From a virus, in the UHGV virus genome UHGV-0164984: a stretch of 35,681 nt of DNA. One strand, given 5' to 3'. How positions within the stretch are numbered: position 1 is the first letter of the stretch; every line of letters begins with the position of its first letter. This document shows positions 15,362-25,561 of the stretch, piece after piece. The translations under genes and the position numbers were made by a program. The notes under the pieces are model-generated. The model saw only the letters and a list, made by a program, of their open reading frames with translations, searched no databases and had not been told where the DNA came from.

Positions 15362-15838
15362 ATGCAGGTACTAAATTCCCAGCGTAAAGCTTTCCTCGAT
15401 ATGGTGGCATGGTCAGAAGGAACGGATAACGGGCGACAACCGACACGTAACCACGGTTATGATATTATTGTTGGTGGTGAACTCTTCACTGATTACTCCG
15501 ATCACCCTCGCAAGCTTGTCACGCTAAACCCGAAACTCAAATCAACAGCTGCAGGCCGTTATCAACTTCTTTCGCGCTGGTGGGATGCTTACCGCAAGCA
15601 GTTAGGGCTGACAGACTTCTCTCCTAAAAGCCAGGATGCTGTTGCATTACAGCAGATTAAAGAGCGTGGCGCTTTACCGATGATTGATCGCGGCGATATT
15701 CGTCAGGCTATCGATCGTTGCAGCAATATCTGGGCGTCGTTACCTGGTGCAGGTTACGGTCAGTATGAACATAAAATCGGTGACCTGATTTCCCGGTTTA
15801 AAGAGGCTGGTGGGGTGGTAAATGAAGTTGAGCTATAA
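15362..15838 (+). CDS. Endolysin, lambda R-like lytic transglycosylase
   Basis: Near-identical over long stretches to lambda R as I recall it (…QRKAFLDMVAWSEGTDNGRQPTRNHGYD…). Confidence 0.95.
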   Translation: MQVLNSQRKAFLDMVAWSEGTDNGRQPTRNHGYDIIVGGELFTDYSDHPRKLVTLNPKLKSTAAGRYQLLSRWWDAYRKQLGLTDFSPKSQDAVALQQIKERGALPMIDRGDIRQAIDRCSNIWASLPGAGYGQYEHKIGDLISRFKEAGGVVNEVEL

Positions 15839-16214
15839 GCTGGTTATCGCTGCATTCTTCTTTACTGTCATCGGTTCTTTCATCTGGTCTGCCAACCACT
15901 ACTACAGCAAATATCAGCACGAAAAGAAACGTGCTGATGAGGCTGTACAAAATGCTGAATCTGCAACAGCCATTACCCGTAACGTCCTGCAATCACTGCA
16001 AATCGTCAATACAGTTATAGAGGTTAACCAGCATGCAAAACAGCAGATCGCACTGGAGTCACAGAGAACCCAGAAAGATATCAAAGTGGCTGTTGCGGAT
16101 GATGATTGTGCTGCACGCCTTGTGCCTGCTGCCGCTGCTGAGCGGTTGCGGAAGTACGCGGACAGTTTACGTACAAGTTCCGGCAGTACCACTCCCGACG
16201 AATCTGATCGCTGA
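15822..16214 (+). CDS. Rz-like i-spanin
   Basis: N-terminal TM segment, coiled-coil-like body, start overlaps endolysin 3' end. Confidence 0.8.
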   Translation: MKLSYKLVIAAFFFTVIGSFIWSANHYYSKYQHEKKRADEAVQNAESATAITRNVLQSLQIVNTVIEVNQHAKQQIALESQRTQKDIKVAVADDDCAARLVPAAAAERLRKYADSLRTSSGSTTPDESDR

Positions 16215-16356
16215 AACCTCGCAACCAGTTATTCCTGAGCCGCTGACTTTTGAGGGCAGCCTAGATTTGAACGTTAGTCTGTTATCGGCGTTGGGTCAAT
16301 GTAACCTTGACAAGGCTAGCATCAGACAGATTGAACAATCACGATTCTCACAATAG
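16099..16356 (+). CDS. Rz1-like o-spanin lipoprotein (overlapping Rz in another frame)
   Basis: MMIVLHALCLLPLLSGC lipobox, Pro-rich mature region; begins inside Rz in +1 frame and extends past the Rz stop. Confidence 0.6.
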   Translation: MMIVLHALCLLPLLSGCGSTRTVYVQVPAVPLPTNLIAETSQPVIPEPLTFEGSLDLNVSLLSALGQCNLDKASIRQIEQSRFSQ

Positions 16357-16504
16357 CGAGTTTTTATCATAAGAAAGGTGCTTTTCACTAAATCCCTGCA
16401 TTTGAAGCTGAAGATGGAAAGAAACGCTACTGGGTATACTACTACTGGTCGCTTATTCTGAATCAGAAGAGAACGGCGTCCTTCAGCTCGAAGAGTCGGT
16501 TATA

Positions 16505-16530
16505 AACAGGCACTTTGGGTGCCTGTTAAT
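16505..16530 (-). terminator. Hairpin downstream of the minus-strand accessory gene
   Basis: Perfect 9-bp stem AACAGGCAC / GTGCCTGTT with 5-nt loop, adjacent to the stop codon at 16533. Confidence 0.4.
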
Positions 16531-16532
16531 GA

Positions 16533-16928
16533 TTAGTCCTGCATGAATCTCTCTCTTTCTATTTCATAACCGTCGCTTTCTTCTCGGCAGTTTTGACATA
16601 AGAGATCTCCATAGTAACCTTGTAAGTTATAAGCTTCTTCTAGCTCATAGCCAGAGATAACCTTAGAGCAACCGTTATGGTGCCCGCCTGGATTTCTAAC
16701 ACCACCACATGGGTGAGAAAGGAAAGGTTGCAATACCCTCTTTTGCGGTGCAGAAAGACTATCAAATCCTTTGGTTACAGCTAACTTAGCGATTCCACTA
16801 ACTTTGCCATCTTCATGATAAAATGCGTCACAATTAAGCATTGTATTGAGTAATGATTCTACTTCGTCAGACACTGGAAATACCTCTCTATAAACAAAAG
16901 TAATAGCTATCACACAAAGCTTAAGCAC
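16533..16928 (-). CDS. Hypothetical Cys/His-rich accessory protein
   Basis: ORF of 131 aa (GTG at 16928) or 113 aa (GTG at 16874 with AGAGAGG SD); motifs HPCGG...GGHHNGC...CQNC. Confidence 0.5.
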   Translation of the reverse strand: MLKLCVIAITFVYREVFPVSDEVESLLNTMLNCDAFYHEDGKVSGIAKLAVTKGFDSLSAPQKRVLQPFLSHPCGGVRNPGGHHNGCSKVISGYELEEAYNLQGYYGDLLCQNCREESDGYEIERERFMQD

Positions 16929-17046
16929 ATAAACTAAAATAAATCAAAATGTTAATGATAATCGTATAGTAAAAAGAAAAGGCTGAAGTAGCCGAGAGGT
17001 AGCAATAGCAGGTTAAGGCAGGCACTTAGTAAGTGCCTGCCACTGG

Positions 17047-17256
17047 TTAGTAACAAGATGGTGTATTGTTGAATCTGTAAGAGAGGCGAACTATTTCAGA
17101 AACCCCTTTTCGGTTTAACAATCGCCTTATATTCTCTGGATTTTTGTAAATAAAAGGATTCCTTAGATCCTCGAACACTCCTCCTGCAATGCAAATCAAA
17201 TATTCCAGATCTTCTTGTGTTGGTAAGGTTGAAAGTTTGTTATTTGCATTATTCAT
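17047..17256 (-). CDS. Hypothetical small accessory protein (69 aa)
   Basis: ATG at 17256 with AGGAGC SD 6 nt upstream; same strand and composition as 16533-16928. Confidence 0.45.
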   Translation of the reverse strand: MNNANNKLSTLPTQEDLEYLICIAGGVFEDLRNPFIYKNPENIRRLLNRKGVSEIVRLSYRFNNTPSCY

Positions 17257-17377
17257 TTTACAGCTCCTAATTATTGCCGTTATTGGCGTGGTGCATGATA
17301 GGAAGTTTGTGATTTTTAACGGTAGCTGGGGCAAGCTTTTTGTGAATCCTATGCACATCATCAAATCGAGTTTTTCA

Positions 17378-17728
17378 ATGCCACAACTAACCCCAAAAGC
17401 CTGCCGTGTTCGCGGCTGCCGCCATACCACTACTGACCCGTCAGGCTACTGCGAAAGCCACAAAAGCGAAGGCTGGAAGCAATACAAGCCAGGCCAGTCC
17501 CGACACCAGCGCGGTTATGGTTCGAAATGGGATGTTATCCGTGAACGTGTGCTCAAGCGTGACAAAGGCCTGTGCCAGTTGTGCCTGCGTGCTGGTGTGG
17601 TGCGCGAGGCGAAAACCGTTGACCACATCATCCCTAAAGCGCATGGCGGCACTGATGCCGACTGTAATCTGCAGAGTCTGTGCTGGCCGTGTCATAAGGC
17701 GAAGACGGCCCGTGAACGGTTGAAGTGA
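17378..17728 (+). CDS. Phage HNH endonuclease (terminase-associated)
   Basis: CxxC...DHIIPKAHGG...CWPCH HNH motif; immediately upstream of terminase small subunit. Confidence 0.85.
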   Translation: MPQLTPKACRVRGCRHTTTDPSGYCESHKSEGWKQYKPGQSRHQRGYGSKWDVIRERVLKRDKGLCQLCLRAGVVREAKTVDHIIPKAHGGTDADCNLQSLCWPCHKAKTARERLK

Positions 17729-17853
17729 TAATAATTCTCAACTGCCTGAGGGGAGGGGCGGGTCAAATCCCTGCGGCCTGATGTCTTCCGGACTGCCCGC
17801 CCCATCGTTTTTTTATACCCGCGAAAAATGAAATTTAACCAGGAGTGCCGCAT

Positions 17854-18348
17854 ATGGCTGGAACGGTGGGGCGTTCCGGGCGTCGCCCCAAGCCAACGGC
17901 GCGCAAGGCGCTGGCCGGAAACCCCGGCAAGCGAGCCCTGAATAAAGATGAACCTGTTTTTACGCCTATCAAAGGTGTTGAGCCACCGGAGTGGTTCGCT
18001 GAAGAAGATCTCCCTCTCGCTACGATCATGTGGCAACTGACAACTAAAGAACTCTGCGGTCAGGGCCTGCTGTGCGTGACTGACCTCGCGGTGCTTGAGC
18101 GGTGGTGCGTGGCCTACGAGTTCTGGCGACGTGCCGTGAAAAATATTGCCAGACAGGGCAACACCATCACCGGTGCAATGGGCGGTATGGTCAAAAATCC
18201 GGAGCTGACCGCCAAAAAAGAACAGGAGTCCGAGATGAGCAGTACGGGGGCAATGCTCGGACTCGACCCCAGCAGCCGCCAGCGTCTGATTGGTCTGGCG
18301 GGGCAGAAGAAAGCCACTAACCCGTTTCTGAAAATTATCGAATCATGA
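17854..18348 (+). CDS. Terminase small subunit (P27-family-like)
   Basis: AGGAG SD 8 nt before ATG at 17854; basic N-terminus; directly precedes terminase large subunit. Confidence 0.8.
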   Translation: MAGTVGRSGRRPKPTARKALAGNPGKRALNKDEPVFTPIKGVEPPEWFAEEDLPLATIMWQLTTKELCGQGLLCVTDLAVLERWCVAYEFWRRAVKNIARQGNTITGAMGGMVKNPELTAKKEQESEMSSTGAMLGLDPSSRQRLIGLAGQKKATNPFLKIIES

Positions 18349-20078
18349 GCCGGAAATCTTACCCCAACGTAAATGCTGCCAATCAGTATGCCCGTGATGT
18401 CGTGCGCGGAAAGATTGTGGCCTGCCAGTTTGTGATTCAGGCCTGCCAGCGCCATCTTGATGACCTGATGGCGGAAAAAAGTAAGTCGTTTCGTTACCGC
18501 TTCGACAAGGACCTGGCTGAACGGGCCGCCAAATTTATTCAGCTGTTGCCGCACACCAAGGGTGAGTGGGCATTCAAGAGGATGCCCATCACGCTGGAGC
18601 CGTGGCAGCTCTTTGTGATCTGCTGCGCGTTTGGCTGGGTCAATAAAGGCTCCCGGCTGCGCCGCTTCAGGGAGGTGTATACCGAAATCCCCCGTAAGAA
18701 CGGCAAATCGGCAATCTCTGCCGGTGTCGCCCTGTATTGTTTTGCCTGTGATAACGAGTTTGGCGCGGAAGTGTATTCCGGTGCCACGACGGAGAAACAG
18801 GCGTGGGAAGTCTTTCGCCCGGCGCGACTGATGTGTAAACGCACACCCATGCTGACGGAAGCGTTCGGGATTGAGGTTAACGCCTCAAACATGAACCGTC
18901 CGGAGGATGGCGCGCGGTTTGAACCGCTGATCGGTAACCCCGGTGATGGTTCATCACCCCACTGTGCTGTGGTGGATGAATATCACGAGCACGCCACCGA
19001 TGCGCTTTACACCACGATGCTTACCGGGATGGGGGCGCGACGTCAGCCACTGATGTGGGCCATCACCACCGCCGGGTACAACATTGAGGGGCCGTGCTAC
19101 GACAAGCGGCGGGAAGTCATCGAGATGCTCAACGGCTCGGTGCCTAACGATGAACTGTTCGGGATCATCTATACCGTTGATGAAGGTGACGACTGGACCG
19201 ACCCGCAGGTGCTGGAAAAAGCCAATCCAAATATTGGCGTGTCGGTTTATCGCGAATTTTTGTTAAGTCAGCAGCAGCGTGCGAAAAATAACGCCCGTCT
19301 GGCAAACGTCTTTAAAACAAAACACCTCAATATCTGGGTGTCGGCGCGTTCGGCGTATTTCAACCTGGTGAGCTGGCAGAGCTGCGAGGATAAATCACTG
19401 ACCCTTGAGCAGTTCGAGGGGCAGCCGTGCATTCTGGCCTTTGACCTGGCGCGTAAGCTGGATATGAACAGCATGGCGCGACTTTATACCCGCGAGATTG
19501 ACGGTAAAACGCATTATTACAGTGTGGCCCCGCGTTTCTGGGTACCGTATGACACGGTGTACAGCGTCGAGAAAAATGAAGATCGACGGACAGCCGAACG
19601 CTTTCAGAAATGGGTGGAAATGGGCGTTCTGACCGTTACCGATGGTGCGGAGGTGGATTATCGCTACATCCTCGAGGAGGCCAAAGCGGCGAACAAAATC
19701 AGCCCGGTCAGTGAGTCACCCATCGACCCCTTCGGGGCGACCGGGTTGTCACATGACCTTGCTGATGAAGACCTGAACCCCATCACTATCATTCAGAACT
19801 ACACCAACATGTCCGACCCGATGAAAGAGCTGGAAGCGGCAATTGAATCGGGGCGCTTTCATCATGACGGCAATCCCATCATGACCTGGTGTATCGGCAA
19901 CGTGGTCGGCAAAACCATTCCGGGTAACGATGATGTGGTGAAGCCCGTCAAAGAGCAGGCGGAAAACAAAATCGATGGTGCAGTTGCGCTGATTATGGCG
20001 GTTGGCAGAGCCATGCTGTACGAGAAAGAAGACACGCTGTCTGACCACATTGAGTCCTATGGGATCCGCTCGCTTTAA
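18345..20078 (+). CDS. Terminase large subunit
   Basis: 577 aa; ATPase and nuclease-like regions; ATGA overlap with small subunit. Confidence 0.95.
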
Positions 20079-20089
20079 CTGAGGTAATT

Positions 20090-20272
20090 ATGATCATGCT
20101 GATTCTCGCGCCTCTGGTGGGCGTGCTGGGGGCGCTTTTGCTGGCGTATGGTGCCTGGCTGATTTATCCCCCGGCGGGGTTTGTTGTTGCCGGGGCGTTG
20201 TGCCTGTTCTGGTCGTGGCTGGTGGCGCGATATCTTGACCGTACACAGTCGTCTGTCGGCGGAGGTAAATAG
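20090..20272 (+). CDS. Small hydrophobic protein between terminase and portal
   Basis: 60 aa, two hydrophobic segments, GAGGTAA SD. Confidence 0.5.
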
Positions 20273-21513
20273 TGTTCTTTTCGGGATTATTTCAACGAAA
20301 AAGTGACGCACCGGTGACCACGCCAGCAGAGCTGGCGGATGCTATCGGGTTGTCCTACGACACCTATACCGGAAAGCAGATCAGCAGCCAGCGGGCCATG
20401 CGACTGACGGCGGTTTTTTCCTGTGTCAGGGTGCTGGCGGAGTCGGTCGGGATGTTGCCCTGCAACCTGTATCACCTGAACGGCAGCCTGAAGCAGAGAG
20501 CCACTGGCGAACGTCTGCATAAGCTGATCTCCACGCATCCCAATGGCTATATGACGCCGCAGGAGTTCTGGGAGCTGGTGGTCACCTGTCTGTGCCTGCG
20601 GGGAAACTTTTACGCCTACAAAGTGAAAGCATTTAGCGAAGTGGCTGAACTGCTGCCCGTCGATCCCGGCTGTGTGGTACCGAAGCTTAACAGTAGCTGG
20701 GAGCCGATCTATCAGGTCACATTCCCGGATGGCTCCACGGATGTACTGAGCCAGGAGGATATCTGGCATGTGCGCACGCTGACGCTGGACGGACTGGTGG
20801 GGCTGAATCCCATCGCCTATGCCCGCGAGGCAATATCGCTGGCAGCTGCGACCGAAGAGCACGGGGCCAGACTGTTCAGCAATGGCGCGGTGACGTCGGG
20901 TGTGTTGCGTACAGAGCAGACGCTGTCAGATCAGGCTTATGAGCGCCTGAAGAAAGATTTTGAGGAGCGTCACACCGGGCTTGGCAATGCTCACCGCCCG
21001 ATGATCCTTGAGATGGGGCTGGACTGGAAGTCGATGGCGCTGAACGCCGAGGACAGCCAGTTCCTGGAAACCCGCAAGTTTCAGCTTGAAGAAATCTGTC
21101 GTCTGTTCCGGGTGCCGTTGCACATGGTGCAGAACACCGATCGCGCCACCTTCAACAATATCGAAGAGCTGGGGCTGGGATTTATCAACTATTCACTGGT
21201 GCCGTATCTGACCCGCATCGAACAGCGGATCAACACCGGACTGGTACGAAAAAGTAAGCAGGGCGTTTATTACGCCAAATTTAACGCCGGGGCGTTACTG
21301 CGCGGGGATATGAAGTCCCGTTTTGAAGCCTACGCCACCGGGATCAACTGGGGAATTTACTCTCCCAATGACTGCCGCGACCTGGAAGATATGAATCCGC
21401 GTCCCGGTGGTGATGTCTATCTCACACCGATGAACATGACCACGAAACCCTCCGATGGCAGTAAGGCCGGTAAGCAGAAGGATAACGCCAATGCAGACGA
21501 AACAACGTCTTGA
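20272..21513 (+). CDS. Portal protein (HK97-family-like)
   Basis: 413 aa; GTG start with GGAGG SD; position and sequence character of portal. Confidence 0.9.
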   Translation: MFFSGLFQRKSDAPVTTPAELADAIGLSYDTYTGKQISSQRAMRLTAVFSCVRVLAESVGMLPCNLYHLNGSLKQRATGERLHKLISTHPNGYMTPQEFWELVVTCLCLRGNFYAYKVKAFSEVAELLPVDPGCVVPKLNSSWEPIYQVTFPDGSTDVLSQEDIWHVRTLTLDGLVGLNPIAYAREAISLAAATEEHGARLFSNGAVTSGVLRTEQTLSDQAYERLKKDFEERHTGLGNAHRPMILEMGLDWKSMALNAEDSQFLETRKFQLEEICRLFRVPLHMVQNTDRATFNNIEELGLGFINYSLVPYLTRIEQRINTGLVRKSKQGVYYAKFNAGALLRGDMKSRFEAYATGINWGIYSPNDCRDLEDMNPRPGGDVYLTPMNMTTKPSDGSKAGKQKDNANADETTS

Positions 21514-22141
21514 TGTACCGCTGAGTCTGAAATCTGTCAGTGACTCCGGTGAGTTTGAAGGGTATGGCTCCGTCTTTGGTGTAAAGGACAGCCACGATGA
21601 TGTGGTGATGTCCGGGGCATTTGCTGCTTCCCTGCGGGCGTGGAGTGACAGAAAAGCGTTACCTGCGCTGCTCTGGCAGCACCGCATGGATGAACCCATC
21701 GGTGTTTACACCGAAATGAAGGAAGACGATGTCGGGCTTTACGTCAGGGGACGGTTGCTTATTGATGATGATCCCCTCGCAAAACGCGCACATGCACACA
21801 TGAAGGCCGGTTCGTTAACCGGCCTTTCTATTGGGTACGTCCTGAAAGACTGGGAATACGACCGGAGCAAAGAAGCCTTTCTGCTGAAAGAAATCGACCT
21901 CTGGGAAGTCAGCCTGGTGACGTTCCCGTCTAACGACGAGGCGCGGATCAGCGACGTCAAGAACGCACTGGCCCGCGGGGAAATCCCCGAACAGAAAAAA
22001 ATCGAAAGAGTCCTGCGTGATGTCGGACTCTCCCGTACCCAGGCCAAAGCATTCATGGCCGGGGGCTATGGCGCACTGTCCCTGCGCGACGCTGAGGATG
22101 TGGGCTCTGCACTGAATGCACTGAAAAATCTGAACTTCTAA
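21491..22141 (+). CDS. Prohead maturation protease (HK97-type)
   Basis: ATG at 21491 overlapping portal 3' end; EGYGSVFGVKDSHDDVV... resembles S78 prohead protease. Confidence 0.85.
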   Translation: MQTKQRLDVPLSLKSVSDSGEFEGYGSVFGVKDSHDDVVMSGAFAASLRAWSDRKALPALLWQHRMDEPIGVYTEMKEDDVGLYVRGRLLIDDDPLAKRAHAHMKAGSLTGLSIGYVLKDWEYDRSKEAFLLKEIDLWEVSLVTFPSNDEARISDVKNALARGEIPEQKKIERVLRDVGLSRTQAKAFMAGGYGALSLRDAEDVGSALNALKNLNF

Positions 22142-22155
22142 TCAGGAGAAATACG

Positions 22156-23361
22156 ATGGCGGTTGATATTAAAGATGTCGAACAGGTCGCGCAGGAGCTG
22201 CAGCAGAAGTTTGACGACTTCAAAGCAAAGAACGACAAGCGCGTGGATGCGATTGAGCAGGAAAAAGGCAAGCTTGCCGGGCAGGTGGAAACCCTGAACG
22301 GGAAACTCAGCGAGCTGGAAAATCTCAAAAGCGACCTTGAAAAAGAGCTGCTTGAGCTGAAACGTCCGGCAGGTGGAGCGCAAAATAAACTGGCCACCGA
22401 GCATAAAGAGGCGTTTGTGGGCTTCCTGCGTAAAGGCCGTGAAGACGGTCTGCGCGATCTGGAGCGTAAGGCATTGCAGGTGGGTACCGATGAAGACGGT
22501 GGCTACGCCGTGCCGGAAGAACTGGATCGCAACATTCTTAACCTGCTGAAAGATGAAGTTGTGATGCGTCAGGAAGCCACGGTGATCACCGTTGGCGGTT
22601 CCGACTACAAAAAACTGGTGAATCTGGGCGGTACGGCTTCCGGATGGGTGGGGGAAACGGATACGCGATCCCAGACTGCCACCTCCAGACTGGAGCTGAT
22701 TGAACCTCTCATGGGGGAAATCTACGGCAACCCGCAGGCTACCCAGAAAATGCTGGACGATGCCTTCTTCAACGTGGAGGCCTGGATCAACAGCGAGCTG
22801 GCAACCGAATTTGCCGAACAGGAAGAAATTGCCTTTACCTCAGGCGATGGCACCAAGAAGCCGAAAGGGTTCCTGGCGTATGAATCCACCGATGAAACCG
22901 ACAAGGTCCGGGCGTTCGGCAAACTTCAGCATATTGTATCCGGCGAAGCGACCGCGGTGACCGCAGACGCCATTATCAAACTGATTTACACGCTGCGTAA
23001 GGCACACCGCACTGGCGCGAAGTTCATGATGAACAACAACAGCCTGTTTGCCATCCGTCTGCTGAAAGACACCGAGGGTAACTATCTGTGGCGTCCGGGG
23101 CTGGAACTGGGGCAGCCGTCCTCTCTGGCGGGTTACGGTATCGCTGAAAACGAACAGATGCCGGATATCGCCGCTGATGCGAAAGCCATTGCATTTGGTA
23201 ACTTCAAACGGGGTTACACCATCGTTGACCGTATCGGCACCCGCATTCTGCGTGACCCGTACACCAATAAACCGTTTGTCGGTTTTTATACCACCAAGCG
23301 CACCGGCGGGATGCTGGTCGATTCGCAGGCCATCAAACTGCTGAAGATTGCAGCGGCGTAA
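22156..23361 (+). CDS. Major capsid protein (HK97-fold, N-terminal scaffold-like coiled coil)
   Basis: 401 aa; coiled-coil N-terminal delta-like domain then capsid body; AGGAGA SD. Confidence 0.9.
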   Translation: MAVDIKDVEQVAQELQQKFDDFKAKNDKRVDAIEQEKGKLAGQVETLNGKLSELENLKSDLEKELLELKRPAGGAQNKLATEHKEAFVGFLRKGREDGLRDLERKALQVGTDEDGGYAVPEELDRNILNLLKDEVVMRQEATVITVGGSDYKKLVNLGGTASGWVGETDTRSQTATSRLELIEPLMGEIYGNPQATQKMLDDAFFNVEAWINSELATEFAEQEEIAFTSGDGTKKPKGFLAYESTDETDKVRAFGKLQHIVSGEATAVTADAIIKLIYTLRKAHRTGAKFMMNNNSLFAIRLLKDTEGNYLWRPGLELGQPSSLAGYGIAENEQMPDIAADAKAIAFGNFKRGYTIVDRIGTRILRDPYTNKPFVGFYTTKRTGGMLVDSQAIKLLKIAAA

Positions 23362-23368
23362 TCACTCA

Positions 23369-23395
23369 GGGGCGCGGAACCGCGCCCCCTGTTCT
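23369..23395 (+). terminator. Partial terminator hairpin after major capsid gene
   Basis: GC stem GGGGCGCG / CGCGCCCC with GAAC loop; weak U-tract. Confidence 0.4.
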
Positions 23396-23410
23396 GACGG
23401 GTGAAGAATC

Positions 23411-23611
23411 ATGATCCTGAAACAAGATCTGAAATGGTCACCGGACGGTATGCGTGTTGAGGTCATTCGGGCCGGTGAGTATGACGACGGGGCGCTTCCT
23501 GCCCGGGTGCAGGAGATTGCACTTCAGGCCGGGTTAGCAGAGCGCGGAATCAGTGCAAAAAGCAGTAAAGCGGCAAAAGAGAAAAAAGCCACGACCAGTA
23601 AAGAGGGCTGA
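23411..23611 (+). CDS. Hypothetical small head-module protein
   Basis: 66 aa ORF with Lys-rich C-terminus between capsid and connector genes. Confidence 0.5.
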   Translation: MILKQDLKWSPDGMRVEVIRAGEYDDGALPARVQEIALQAGLAERGISAKSSKAAKEKKATTSKEG

Positions 23612-23613
23612 GT

Positions 23614-23937
23614 ATGCTTCTGACAATGGAAGAGATTAAAGCCCAACTCCGGCTGGATGAGGATTTCGATACTGATGACCGCCATCTGCAACTGCTGGCA
23701 TGTGCGGCACAAAAGCGGACGGAAACGTATCTGAACCGGAAGCTCTATGCACCGGATGAAACCATTCCGGACAGCGATCCGGACGGGCTGCACCTGCCGG
23801 ATGATATTCGTCTGGGGATGCTGATGCTTATCAGCCATTTTTACGAAAACCGCTCGTCGGTTACGGAAGTGGAGAAACTCGACATGCCGCAGAGTTTTGG
23901 CTGGCTTGTCGGCCCGTACAGGTACTTTCCGCAATGA
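23614..23937 (+). CDS. Head-tail connector (gp6-like)
   Basis: 107 aa; position and MEEIKAQLRLDEDFDTDD N-terminus typical of head-tail connector proteins. Confidence 0.7.
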   Translation: MLLTMEEIKAQLRLDEDFDTDDRHLQLLACAAQKRTETYLNRKLYAPDETIPDSDPDGLHLPDDIRLGMLMLISHFYENRSSVTEVEKLDMPQSFGWLVGPYRYFPQ

Positions 23938-24344
23938 AAATTCGTCAGGCGCAGACCAGCGCAACCTACATTCTGCCGGACCCCGGTGAACTGAATAAAC
24001 GCGTCCTGATCCGCCTGCGGGTGGATATGCCCGCGGATAACTTTGGCGTGGAGCCTCAATACCCGGTTACGTTCCGGACATGGGCGAAGGTTATCCAGAC
24101 CAGTGCCACCACCTGGCAGGAAACCGCGCAGACCGGGGACGCCATCACCCATTACATCACTATTCGTTACCGCCGGGGGATCACCGCTGATTATGAGGTG
24201 GTCTGCGGTGACAGTGTGTACCGGGTGAAACGTCAGCGCGATCTGAACGGGGCGCGGCGCTTTCTGCTGCTGGAGTGTACGGAGCTGGGCGAATGTAGGC
24301 AGAGTCACGGAGGCAACAATGACGACTTCCTTTTTGCACGTTGA
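23934..24344 (+). CDS. Head closure / head-tail adaptor protein
   Basis: 136 aa, ATGA overlap with upstream gene, structural-module position. Confidence 0.65.
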   Translation: MKIRQAQTSATYILPDPGELNKRVLIRLRVDMPADNFGVEPQYPVTFRTWAKVIQTSATTWQETAQTGDAITHYITIRYRRGITADYEVVCGDSVYRVKRQRDLNGARRFLLLECTELGECRQSHGGNNDDFLFAR

Positions 24345-24825
24345 TTTTCAGCAGCCCGCGGAGATGCGCTTTAACCGCGCCCGTGTCCGGCGGGCGTTTG
24401 TCACGATTGGTCAGCGTCATATGCGTGATGCCCGTCGGCTGGTGATGCGCCGTGCGCGGTCGGCACCGGGTGAAAACCCCGGTTATCAGACCGGACGCCT
24501 GGCTCGTTCGATTGGTTACATGGTACCCAGAGCCAGTAAACATCGCCCTGGTTTTATGGCACGTATAGCCCCTAACCAGCGTAATGGAGAGGGAAACCGC
24601 CGTATCACCGGTGATTTTTATCCGGCTTTTTTGTTCTATGGCGTGAGGCGAGGGGCAAAGCGTCGTCGCAGCCATCATCGTGGTGCATCCGGTGGCAGCG
24701 GCTGGCGACTGGCTCCACGTAATAACTTCATGGTGGAAACGCTTGAAAAGAACCGCAGCTGGACACGCTATTTTCTGGCGCGGGAATTGCGTAAATCACT
24801 GAAGCCGGAGCGACGACACAGATGA
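24319..24825 (+). CDS. Tail-completion protein (HK97 gp10-like)
   Basis: 168 aa, Arg-rich; GGAGG SD. Confidence 0.65.
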   Translation: MTTSFLHVDFQQPAEMRFNRARVRRAFVTIGQRHMRDARRLVMRRARSAPGENPGYQTGRLARSIGYMVPRASKHRPGFMARIAPNQRNGEGNRRITGDFYPAFLFYGVRRGAKRRRSHHRGASGGSGWRLAPRNNFMVETLEKNRSWTRYFLARELRKSLKPERRHR

Positions 24826-25382
24826 AACTGACGCCTGTTATTGCTGCACTGCGTGCCCGTTGTCCGTATTTTGAAAACCGGGTTGCAGGCGCGGCCCAGT
24901 TCAAAAATCTGCCGGAGGTCGGAAAGCTGAAACTCCCGGCGGCATATGTTGTACCGGGTGATGATTCTCCGGGAGAAAACAAAAGCCAGACCGACTACTG
25001 GCAGGAGCTGAAAGAGGGTTTCTCCGTGGTTGTCATACTGAGTAACGGGCGTGATGAGCGCGGTCAGTTTGCCTCGTATGATGTGGTGGACGATGTCCGG
25101 CAGATGCTCTTTAAGGCTCTGCTGGGCTGGAACCCGGAGGCGTGCGGTAACCCGATTACCTATGACGGCGGCACGCTGCTGGATCTGAATCGTCATGAGC
25201 TGATTTATCAGTTCGATTTTTCGGTCATCAGCGAGCTGACTGAAGACGATACCCGCCAGCAGGATGATCTGAACAGTCTGGATGAACTGCAAACGCTGGC
25301 GATTGATGTTGATTATCTCGAGCCCGGTAACGGGCCTGACGGCGATATCGAACATCACACCGAAATAACCCTTCCTTCCTGA
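24822..25382 (+). CDS. Tail terminator / tail-completion protein
   Basis: 186 aa; ATGA overlap; upstream of sheath. Confidence 0.6.
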   Translation: MKLTPVIAALRARCPYFENRVAGAAQFKNLPEVGKLKLPAAYVVPGDDSPGENKSQTDYWQELKEGFSVVVILSNGRDERGQFASYDVVDDVRQMLFKALLGWNPEACGNPITYDGGTLLDLNRHELIYQFDFSVISELTEDDTRQQDDLNSLDELQTLAIDVDYLEPGNGPDGDIEHHTEITLPS

Positions 25383-25390
25383 GGATCCTC

Positions 25391-25561
25391 ATGTTTGTCA
25401 AACCTGTTAAAGGGCGGTCAGTTCCTGACCCTGCCCGCGGCGACCTTTTGCCCGCCGAAGGGCGAAATGTTGACGAGAACAACTACTGGCTGCGCCGTGA
25501 AGCAGTGGGTGATATCCGGCGCGTGAATAAAAAGGTGAATACCGATGACGATAAGCTTTAA
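25391..25561 (+). CDS. Small conserved tail-module protein (56 aa)
   Basis: Not in the ORF track (under 60 aa); GAGGA SD 5 nt upstream of ATG; overlaps sheath start; basic, protein-like sequence. Confidence 0.5.
   Translation: MFVKPVKGRSVPDPARGDLLPAEGRNVDENNYWLRREAVGDIRRVNKKVNTDDDKL

Noticed and set aside
24181-25358. Long minus-strand ORFs (24181-24678, 24768-25358) within tail-completion genes, and similar antisense ORFs in 30384-30881 and 32611-33069
   Set aside because: Typical antisense open frames of GC-rich structural genes; Arg/Cys-rich translations without starts or SD; plus-strand genes are in canonical phage order.
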